The translations under genes and the position numbers were made by a program. This document shows positions 8,291-16,800 of a DNA stretch of 47,445 nucleotides, piece after piece. Location: IMG/VR virus record IMGVR_UViG_3300037780_000051, positions 1 to 47,445 of that record; one strand, written 5' to 3'. Positions within the stretch are counted from its first letter, which is position 1. The number at the start of each line of letters is the position of its first letter. The DNA comes from a virus (Duplodnaviria > Caudoviricetes). The notes beneath the pieces were generated by a model that worked only from the letters and a program-made list of their open reading frames with translations, was not told the DNA's origin and did not search any database.

Positions 8291-8375
8291 AGGCGCAGGT
8301 TATCCACTCTTATCAATTCAGCCAACACATCTAGGACATCGATGAAAACGTCATGCATTGACCTCGACACAAACG

Positions 8376-8410
8376 AAAAAGCCCCGCCCGGTGTTCCGGT
8401 GCGGGGCTTT
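8376..8410 (-). terminator. Intrinsic terminator ending the late/lysis operon (possibly bidirectional)
   Basis: AAAAAGCCCCGC-CCGG-TGTT-CCGG-T-GCGGGGCTTT hairpin; T-run on the minus strand. Confidence 0.8.
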
Positions 8411-8434
8411 CGCTTCACTGTCCATAAGTTACGC

Positions 8435-8917
8435 CTACCCGTCCCTTTCCGCCGGCGTCACCACCGGCGCGATCTCGACGTTCGTCACGGCTGGCGCCAA
8501 GGGCAACCAGCCGAACAGGAAGATCTGACGCGTCCAGATCAGCGAGATCGGCGGCGCGGCGTTCATGCAGCGTTGCACCCGGTCGGGCAGCTCGTAGCTG
8601 ACCGTCGGGCCGTTCTCTTGCTGGTATTCGACGATGCCGGACCAGGGCTTCGTGCAGACGGTCGACATCTCGCCCCGCCGCACCCACACCTCGAGTTTCC
8701 AGCGCCCCTTGACGGTTCCGCGCGGCAATTCGCGCGTGATATAGGCAAGCCATGCGCCATCCTCGTTCTGCTCGATAGAGGTGGAGACGTGACGGTAGTA
8801 GAGCTCGGTCGGGTTCGTCAGCCAAAGGATCAAAGGGGCGCTGATCAACGCGACGATCGTGGCGAGAACGTAGATCACCCACTGCAGATGTCGGTTCGAC
8901 TTGGTCATCGGCATCAT
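8435..8917 (-). CDS. Membrane-anchored hypothetical protein
   Basis: N-terminal TM helix; ATG overlaps the upstream stop at 8914-8917. Confidence 0.65.
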   Translation of the reverse strand: MMPMTKSNRHLQWVIYVLATIVALISAPLILWLTNPTELYYRHVSTSIEQNEDGAWLAYITRELPRGTVKGRWKLEVWVRRGEMSTVCTKPWSGIVEYQQENGPTVSYELPDRVQRCMNAAPPISLIWTRQIFLFGWLPLAPAVTNVEIAPVVTPAERDG

Positions 8918-9189
8918 TTTCCACCAATCTGAAAAATCGTTCCGCGATAAGCCCAAATGACGCCGACGAGCGCGAGGATGATCGACCCGAGGAAAGAGAT
9001 CCCGGCCAAGAGCCGGCGGCGTTCCTCGGTCTGACGTTCCTGTTCGCGTTCAGCGATCTTGGCCTTGAGTTCCTCGACCTCGGCAGAATGCGTTTCTTTG
9101 TAGCGGGCGAGGTCAGCGGCAAGGGCCTTCTCACGTTCTTCGAGCTCGTTAATCCGGTGGACCAGCAAGCCCCAATTCTGCTCATTCAT
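8914..9189 (-). CDS. Coiled-coil plus C-terminal TM protein (holin/XhlA-like lysis accessory)
   Basis: Architecture and position in the lysis cassette. Confidence 0.6.
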   Translation of the reverse strand: MNEQNWGLLVHRINELEEREKALAADLARYKETHSAEVEELKAKIAEREQERQTEERRRLLAGISFLGSIILALVGVIWAYRGTIFQIGGK

Positions 9190-9400
9190 CCGTCACCAGC
9201 TCCTTGATCGCTTCAATTTTTCCGTTCGCGGTTTCGAGCCCGGCGCGCAGTTTTAGCGCGCACTCCCCAAGGGCTCGCTCGGTCGTGCCGTCCTTGCACG
9301 TCACCTCGACCGGCTCGAGAAGGGGCGCAGGGATCGGCTGCCGTGCGACGACGTCAACGCACGCGGTCAAGAATGGCGCGGCCATAAGGAGATAGCGCAT
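9182..9400 (-). CDS. o-spanin (Rz1-like lipoprotein)
   Basis: Lipobox LTAC, Pro-rich PIPAPLLEP; overlaps the 3' end of the i-spanin. Confidence 0.75.
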   Translation of the reverse strand: MRYLLMAAPFLTACVDVVARQPIPAPLLEPVEVTCKDGTTERALGECALKLRAGLETANGKIEAIKELVTDE

Positions 9401-9638
9401 CGTCGGCCCCTTCCAGGTTCTCTGTTTCGGACAGCGCGGTTTCCAGATCCTCGCGGATCCGGCGCTCGTTGCGCAGGACGTCGTTCAGAACGCGCGCGGC
9501 TTCCTCGTGGTTTCGAATGGTGGCGGCCTGTTCGCGGTTCTCGGCGCGCAGATCCGCGTTCCGCTCTGAAAGGCGCCAGATCACGCCACCGGCCACCAGA
9601 GCGGCGATCACGGCGCCGAGAATGAGAGACAGCCGCAT
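9354..9638 (-). CDS. i-spanin (Rz-like)
   Basis: N-terminal TM plus coiled coil, downstream of the endolysin. Confidence 0.75.
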   Translation of the reverse strand: MRLSLILGAVIAALVAGGVIWRLSERNADLRAENREQAATIRNHEEAARVLNDVLRNERRIREDLETALSETENLEGADDALSPYGRAILDRVR

Positions 9639-9739
9639 CAGAACACCAACGCACCGAGGACGAAGCTGATCAGGCCAATGAGGATCGCGATAGCCGCGAT
9701 GATTTTCGGGATGTCGTCGAACAAATTCGGGTCCATCAT
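9638..9739 (-). CDS. Small single-TM protein (33 aa)
   Basis: MMDPNLFDDIPKIIAAIAILIGLISFVLGALVF; coupled to endolysin and spanin. Confidence 0.5.
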   Translation of the reverse strand: MMDPNLFDDIPKIIAAIAILIGLISFVLGALVF

Positions 9740-10566
9740 CCCACCCCAGCCATGCAAAGCGCGTACTCGGCGTTGCGTCGGTTCACGAGGCCCGGCAGCA
9801 CACGGCCTGCCTGCTTGTTGAACCAAGTCTGAGCAACACACGCCCCCTCGATCCACCCGGCGTTCAGCCGCTTGATCGCTGTCGACCGTTGGGCTGCGCC
9901 GATCCCGATGTTGATCGTCCAGCTGGTAAAGGCGCAGTCGCGCGGCGTGTTCAGCCGTTGGAACCGGGATTCCTCGGTCAGAGCGTTCATGTAGCCGGTG
10001 CGGTACTGGCGCATATGGTCGTCGAGGATCGCATTACACTGTTCCATCGTGGCGGTCTGACCCATGCGTACCGGCACGCCATCGATGTGGGTGGCTCCCA
10101 TGCAGATCGTCGGCCGGTCGTTCGGCGTCGGCATATAGGCCTTCAGGCGCACGCCCTCGAATTCGACGACCTTGGGTCGGCAGAACGCAAAGGTCTTGGC
10201 CTCGGTCACATTCGGACTCAGCAGCGAACCCTGTGTCACTTTCGCCGGCGCCGGGGGCTCGCTCATGGCCTCGGCGCGCGATGCGTAGAGCGTGGCGGCG
10301 GCGGTGACCCCGATCGCGAGCGCGTACTTGACCAGCGTGCGGATCCACCGACCCCGATCGCCGCGACGCGCGGCAATGCCCTGATCTCGGCCGCGCAACG
10401 CAAGGGCCAGTACGATGAACACGAGGATCCCCCAGGACAGAGGCACCGGGTTCAGGTTCCCCACCGCGACGAAAGTGATCGCAAGCAGCGCGACCCCGGC
10501 GAGGATCGCGAAAATCATGGAGTCGGCATGCAAGAGCAGCCGCAGCCAAGTCGGCAACGGTTTCAT
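9736..10566 (-). CDS. GH24 lysozyme endolysin with a three-hydrophobic-segment N-terminus
   Basis: FEGVRLKAYMPTPNDRPTICMGAT, NIG, LPGLVNRRNAEYALC. Confidence 0.9.
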   Translation of the reverse strand: MKPLPTWLRLLLHADSMIFAILAGVALLAITFVAVGNLNPVPLSWGILVFIVLALALRGRDQGIAARRGDRGRWIRTLVKYALAIGVTAAATLYASRAEAMSEPPAPAKVTQGSLLSPNVTEAKTFAFCRPKVVEFEGVRLKAYMPTPNDRPTICMGATHIDGVPVRMGQTATMEQCNAILDDHMRQYRTGYMNALTEESRFQRLNTPRDCAFTSWTINIGIGAAQRSTAIKRLNAGWIEGACVAQTWFNKQAGRVLPGLVNRRNAEYALCMAGVG

Positions 10567-10594
10567 GGGATTATCCTTTCAGTTAGGGGCGGAT

Positions 10595-10954
10595 TTAAGC
10601 TGTGGTTAGCCGGGTCACCCCGGCCCCGGCCAATAGGTCAAGAGGCGCATCGCCAGCGAGCACCACGATTGAACCGTTGAGAAATGCTGCTTGCGCCCGA
10701 TGCGCACCGGCCATGTTGATTTCGTTGTCCACGTCCCATGCCGGTCGCACGAGTTCGCCTGCAGCGGCATTCAAGAAGTTGGCTCCGACCAGAGCCGAGG
10801 CGGCGGCATAGAGCGTGCCTTCACCGTCCTGCCATTCCGGCGCGCCAAAGGTATCCAGATTACCGGGGCCGCCCGAGGCGTCGGACACCAGAACCGCCGC
10901 AAGATTGTTGGCGTCTTCGACCAAGGCGGCCGGGCAAAGGATTGTCACCCTCAC
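10595..10954 (-). CDS. Tail-associated hypothetical protein
   Basis: Coupled to the upstream tail gene. Confidence 0.7.
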   Translation of the reverse strand: MRVTILCPAALVEDANNLAAVLVSDASGGPGNLDTFGAPEWQDGEGTLYAAASALVGANFLNAAAGELVRPAWDVDNEINMAGAHRAQAAFLNGSIVVLAGDAPLDLLAGAGVTRLTTA

Positions 10955-11829
10955 ACGAGTCCCTCCAAGTAGGAATCCAGTTGCGCCTGTTCGCCCGCGG
11001 TGAGTGCACGGTTAATCGCCACATAGGCGACAAGGTCAGCGGCCAAGAGAATGTCGGTTGCGCCCGACAAGGCCTGACTGGTGAGCGTGGTTACAGTCCC
11101 TGCGGAGTTGACGTAGGAGATTGTGAAATTGTCCGCGGGCGCTGTCCAATTGAGCGTGTCATCGACCTCGTCGTCGATCAGTCTGGATGGGTTTGCACCA
11201 CGTGTCGGCCGGGCCGCCGACGTCGATTGATATGCGTGAAGGCCAGGCAATTCTTTGATCGTGAAACCCGAAACGGTGACCGGACCCGTACCGTTCAGCC
11301 GGAAACGACGAGTGCCGTCGCTGTAGAGAAGATAGGCATATGATCCGGCGGTCAGGTTGGAAGGATAGATCGACGCGCCGCCGCTATTGAACGACAGGTT
11401 CCCGGCTTCGGACACCGTGAATTCCGCCAAGTAGAAGCCCTCTGGAAGCGGAGTCGACGAATGGTCAGGGGGTTCGGCGTATGAACCGTCTGCGCTTTCG
11501 GCCAGCGACATGGATGAGGCCCCAATGGTCCACGCGCCGCCGAAATTGTTGACCCAATCAGAAAACCCGTCCTCGACCGTCGCGCCGAGCCCGGAGAAAC
11601 CGCCATCATATGCCGCGCCCTGTGCTCGATCGAGCAGGAACCCGACGGGGTTTCCTGTGCCTGACAATGCCTGCGCTCCTACGGTCTGAAACGCTCCATA
11701 GCCCGCCTCGAGCCAGACACCATCTTCACCGGACGCGAAAAGGACAGCCGGGGTGTAAGGCTGCGCAGCCTCTCCGGTCCTGGTCGCCAGACGCTTCATC
11801 GCGACAGCTTGGCCGAACGTCAAAGTCAT
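10951..11829 (-). CDS. Putative tail fibre / receptor-binding protein
   Basis: Beta-rich G/S/T composition; ELPGLHAYQSTSAARPT; last large tail gene. Confidence 0.6.
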   Translation of the reverse strand: MTLTFGQAVAMKRLATRTGEAAQPYTPAVLFASGEDGVWLEAGYGAFQTVGAQALSGTGNPVGFLLDRAQGAAYDGGFSGLGATVEDGFSDWVNNFGGAWTIGASSMSLAESADGSYAEPPDHSSTPLPEGFYLAEFTVSEAGNLSFNSGGASIYPSNLTAGSYAYLLYSDGTRRFRLNGTGPVTVSGFTIKELPGLHAYQSTSAARPTRGANPSRLIDDEVDDTLNWTAPADNFTISYVNSAGTVTTLTSQALSGATDILLAADLVAYVAINRALTAGEQAQLDSYLEGLV

Positions 11830-12554
11830 GCCGTGAAGTCCAGATTAACTGCGCCCTGCCGCACGGAAATGAAGAACGTGAGGGCGGCACCGGAGCGGTT
11901 TTCGATGTAGATCTTGCCGTCCGAAGTTGCGGCAATGTTGATCTGGGCGTCGGTGCCCGTCGTTCCGGCCAGAGCACTTGTTCCTGTGCCCACCGTCCCG
12001 TCCGCGATGACCTCGCGAATGAACGGCGAGGAAGCCGCTTTGAACCGGAACAGGCCCGCACCAGCGGATGCGCTGTCGTGCGAAAACTCGAGGAAGCCCG
12101 CCGACACCGCCTCGCCCAGATCGATGATCTCTACATCATCATCACTGATCGAAACTTCGTAAACCAGACCCACATGAGCGGCGGTGACGGCGTGAGGGTT
12201 ATCTGTGTCGACGATATGACTTGCCGGGAAGCCCTCTTGGAGTTCCCAGTTTACGGCGTCGTTCACGGGATCCGTCGATGACGTGTGATCGTTCAGTGCT
12301 TGATAAAGCTGAAGGTCGGTCGGCGACCAAACCTTGTCGCCTGTTTCATAGGCCGTGTCCGCGACCCACTCCAAAGCGTTCGCCGCGTTGTTGAGGCTCG
12401 TCGTTTGGGCGGTGACCCACGTGACGAACGCGACGAGTTCGGAGTAGAGCGTAGAGAACCACGCGACAAACGCGTCGGCGCGGGTACGAAAGGTTGACGG
12501 GCTGACCGAGCGGCTGGGCGCGGTGGGCGGTTGGGTGAAGGTGGGAGTCGTCAT
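11826..12554 (-). CDS. Tail protein with a CBM5/12-like module
   Basis: PPTAPSR...FRTRADAFVAW N-terminus; WVADTAYETGDKVW...YQA. Confidence 0.65.
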   Translation of the reverse strand: MTTPTFTQPPTAPSRSVSPSTFRTRADAFVAWFSTLYSELVAFVTWVTAQTTSLNNAANALEWVADTAYETGDKVWSPTDLQLYQALNDHTSSTDPVNDAVNWELQEGFPASHIVDTDNPHAVTAAHVGLVYEVSISDDDVEIIDLGEAVSAGFLEFSHDSASAGAGLFRFKAASSPFIREVIADGTVGTGTSALAGTTGTDAQINIAATSDGKIYIENRSGAALTFFISVRQGAVNLDFTA

Positions 12555-13867
12555 GTCGCGAGGCTTTCCACTGATAGAGTTGCGCGTGATTTGTTCGGGC
12601 CGGAGAGGTTGATTTCGAGTTCGCGGGCGATGCGTCCGAACACGAGGGTGCCGGTCGTCTGGTCGTCGTCTACAGCGTAGAACACGGCGTTCTTCGCCCG
12701 GTTGTCGGTGACCAGCGTCCGGGCATAACGAATGGCTGCGGTGTCCATGACGAAATCGTAGTCGACCACCAAAGAAACGGGGCGCTGCGTGAACGTGAAG
12801 TTCCCGAACTGGTCGGTGTCCTTGCGGGAATAATCCTTGTAAGACAGCGACGTGCCGAACACGGTGTCGCCGATCCGGTTGGCCGAAATCAGCTCGATCT
12901 CGCCAACGGCGACGCCGTCATTCGCCCCTGGCGGCACGATCCACGCCTCGTATGCGACTTCGCCGTTTGGATACTGAGGAATGTCGATGAACAGGTGTTC
13001 CTTGAACAACCGGACATCCATGAAGAAATAGTCGTACCAGTCATCCATGTAGCCGTCATCAATGAGACCGACCGTCTGGTCGTAGACCACACCGTCGTCT
13101 GTGTGGGTGAGCCGCAACCGGATTGTCCCGGCGTAGAGATTGAAGAACCCGACCGCGTCGATCGACCGATCGAACGTCTTGAAATCCAGAACCCCGGTAT
13201 CAAGGCCATTCGCGTTCGGCACAAAGGTCCAACGGTATGCGGCCCCGGCGGTCGTGCTTTCGAACCGGTCGGTCAGCGACTGGTTGAACGGTTTTTGAGT
13301 TCGGATCGATCCGCTGTTCAACCACCACGTTCCGTCGACGTCAGTCAGCGGGTTGTTCCCAAGGTTTGACCCCTGAACGGATGTGAATTGAAATCCGCGC
13401 CGATAGACGACGTCACCTTCGTCGTATGTGACGGAAGCATCGTATTCGTCGTTGTCGTCGTAGCCTTGATAGCCGAACTGCGCGAGCAACGACCAATCGC
13501 TCGGATTGGACGAAGGGGTCGACCCGGTCACCGGCGACGAGCTGATGCACTGATAGACCGAATTGCCGTCGAAGGGCACAATGACGAGGTCATCGAGCTC
13601 GTAGGTTTCGGACCCCGAGTAATTCGGCACGCCCCCAATGTTCAGACCCTCGTCTGTCCAATAGGTGTTGGCGTTGGAATTCGCGAACAGGAGCGTCGAA
13701 ATGCCGGTGTGCGTGACCTCCCACGCATTCGCGCTATCCGGGTCGTCGACGGTGTCATCGTGGACGCGCTCGACCTTCAGCATGGTCATGTTCGGGTTAA
13801 AACCCATCGTGCTTTCATAGGTCGGATCGAACTGATCGATTGGATAGAGCGGAACGCCAATGAACAT
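12551..13867 (-). CDS. Tail tip protein with two CBM5/12-like inserts
   Basis: Follows the tape measure gene; TYELDDLV and TYDEGDVV repeats; DYSRKDTDQFGN. Confidence 0.7.
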   Translation of the reverse strand: MFIGVPLYPIDQFDPTYESTMGFNPNMTMLKVERVHDDTVDDPDSANAWEVTHTGISTLLFANSNANTYWTDEGLNIGGVPNYSGSETYELDDLVIVPFDGNSVYQCISSSPVTGSTPSSNPSDWSLLAQFGYQGYDDNDEYDASVTYDEGDVVYRRGFQFTSVQGSNLGNNPLTDVDGTWWLNSGSIRTQKPFNQSLTDRFESTTAGAAYRWTFVPNANGLDTGVLDFKTFDRSIDAVGFFNLYAGTIRLRLTHTDDGVVYDQTVGLIDDGYMDDWYDYFFMDVRLFKEHLFIDIPQYPNGEVAYEAWIVPPGANDGVAVGEIELISANRIGDTVFGTSLSYKDYSRKDTDQFGNFTFTQRPVSLVVDYDFVMDTAAIRYARTLVTDNRAKNAVFYAVDDDQTTGTLVFGRIARELEINLSGPNKSRATLSVESLAT

Positions 13868-13870
13868 TCG

Positions 13871-16800
13871 TTACGTCCTTTCCGCCGGCAAGCCGTTTCC
13901 GTCCCAATCCTCAAGGACGTCTTTTGTCGATTTCGTGTTCTTCGAGATCCGGGCAAGACCGTTGATCTTGGTGTCGTCGGCCTCAGCGATTTGACGCCGC
14001 AGCTCGCGCACCTCAGCGATCAGGCCGTTCATGTCGAACATGCTGCGCGTCTGCGTGTTGCTGTAGATCCGAGACGGTCCGGTCACCTCGAGTTCCGGGC
14101 CACTCTCCCCCACGATACGCGCGCCGCCCAAGTGCAGGCCGCCGGTCGCAAAACCAGACGGGCCCCATTGGCCAGCGCCTGACGTCACCGCGTCCCAATA
14201 ATTGTAGGCCGGTTGCGACGTGACGGTCGTCGGGTTTTTCTTCACCGACTCCGGGACCGATGCCGGCGCTGCCGACGCCTGGCGTTTCGCCGACTTCGCT
14301 GCGGCGCTGTCGGCCAGATCCGCGATCTCTTTCTGCTTGTTGATGTTGTTGACCGCCTCGCCGACCATCTGAAGGGCGGAAATCACATCGGCGGTAGAGG
14401 CCCAGATCGCCGAGACAATCGGGATATCGCTGTTGCTGATCGACGCCTTGATACCTTCGTTCAGCGCGTGCAGCGAAAGGACCGTGTCGACGTTCAGGTT
14501 CGCGAGCGTGGAAAGCAGCGAGCCGCCCATGCCGCCCAGTTCGGTGATGATGCCCGACCCCACACCGCCGAGACTATCCACAATCGCGCTACTCGTGCCG
14601 CCGAGACCGCCGAGGATATTCGAGGCGTGGTCGGAAAGCCCGGCGCCGAGCGTGGCACCCAACGCGCCGAGATCAACCGCGATCTGATCGCTCGTCGCAC
14701 CCAGGCCAGCCACAATATCGGATGCTGTGGAGCCCAGCCCCTCGACCGTGGCCGACCCCGTCGACATCAGCGCGGCGAGGAAGCTATCGTTCATCGTCGC
14801 GATACGCGCGATGTTTTCGTCTAGGAGGTCGGTCGTCAGTTCGCCGCTTTCGACCAGCTTCAGGATTTCCTCGAGCGTCTGTTCCTCGATCGTTTTCATC
14901 ACGCCGAGCCCGGCCGCCAAGCCGCTCACGTTGTCGATCTGGCTCGCGACCCGGCTTGCAAACAGGCGATACTCGGTGGCATCCGAGGCAATCGCCGCCG
15001 CGCTTTCGACGGCCTTGGAACCAAGCGCCCCGATCGAGCGCATCGCGTCGAAGTCGCCAGCCATCGCCAGCGCATACGCCCGGCGGAAATCATCCATCGC
15101 GTTCCCGGCCTGCGCACCTGGCCCGGTGGCATCCGCCCGAATATCGGATGCTGCGTCGCGCAGATCACGGAACAGATCGATGAATTGGTCAGCCGCATTG
15201 CCGGCCGCCGTGATCGCGCTCTGAAGCCCTGTCGTCAGTTCGCCGGAAAGCGTTGTGAGTGCTTCCGTGAAATCAGCCATCCGCGGCGTGACCTGATCGA
15301 ACGCACCGACGACACCGATCAGGGTGCTGAACGTCTCCTGTCCGCTCTTGGACATGAGGTTCTGCGCCGTGAGAAGCTTGAGGAAGCCGTTCCGCGTGCC
15401 CGGGATCGACAGGCCGAGTTCCTTAAACGTCTCGTCGAGCAGGGATTGAGCGTCGGCAACTTTCCGGGAGTCTGTGGTCAGGACCGAGTACGCGTTCCCC
15501 ACTGCCGATGCGAAATTATCCACACTGCCAAAGTCGGTTTCGGCCAACCTCGCAAATTCTTCCAGCATGAACTGGCCGGACCCGATCGGGCGCAAGACCG
15601 ACACCGCGTCCACGATCTTGGTCACGCCTTGGGCGAGTTGATCAGCCGCGTCCTGAACCTTTTTGAAGGCGTCCGCGACCTTGAGAAGTTCGATGTAGGT
15701 TTCCCGGCCCTCTTTTGTCCCGAGGTCTTGCGCCTCGACCAGATCCTTGAATGACGCCGTGCTGGACGGGATTGCCCGCCCCAGGTCCGCGAACACGTCG
15801 CGCACTTCGCCGCGGTTCCGGGCGATCTTTTCAGCCTCGGAATAGAAATTTTCGTAGAACGACTGCGTGAGCTTGTTCAACTCATCGATCGACCCGGCCA
15901 GTTTCTTCAGGTTCGAGGCCGCGCCCCACCCGAGGCCCGCCACTTCGTCGAGGTTGTGCCCGGTCAGCTTCACGGCTTCCGAGACTTCCTTAAAGGTCTT
16001 TTTCATCGCGCCGATGAACTTGAAGATGCCGAAGATGACCGCAGCCGCCGCGCCAATGATCGGCAGCGCCGCGCCCAGCGTTGCCCCGAACCCGGTGATA
16101 CCGGCCGCCGCGACGTTGGCCGCCGGCGTGAACAGCGCACCGAGACCATTCGTGCCGATGGCGCTGATCGTTGAACCGAGACCGCCGAGGATCCCAGACC
16201 CCGCCGTCGTGGCCGTGCCGAATGATCCCAGAAGCCCGCCAAGGATCCCCTTTGACCCACCCGTCGCCGACCCGGCGAGGTTCCCGATCGATCCGAGCGG
16301 CGATGCGGTGGCCGCGCCGCCCGTGGCGCCGCCGATCCCGAGCGACAGCATGATCCGGTTCTTGGCGGCCATCGTGATCATGCTCTTGAGCATGTCCCAG
16401 AAGGTTTTTACGACCGACGTCGCGAAGGATTTGAAATCGGTGAAACCGGATTCGAGGAATTTCCAGAACGCATCGGCGACGCCATCGATGGCCGACGAGA
16501 GTTGTCCGGACAGCGAGCTCGCGAGTTTCTCGGATGCGCCGATGGCACCTTCCATCGCGTTCACTATGGACTCCACGACGCCGCCGGCCATCGCGTTTAC
16601 GCCGTCCGCAAACCCTTCCATCGTGTAGCCACCGAGATCATGCATGATCTTTGATGGCGACTGGATCTTGAGCAGTTTTTTCACCGCCGAGACGGCGGTC
16701 GAGATTGGTGCGGTCACGACCTCGGTAATGGTCGCTGTCTTTTCCAAGATGCCATCAATGAAGCCTTGGATTAGATCGCGACCGGTCTGAATAAGGCCAT

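Noticed and set aside
10951-13867. Diversity-generating retroelement or invertible tail-fibre cassette
   Set aside because: No reverse transcriptase, invertase or duplicated template repeat seen in the window
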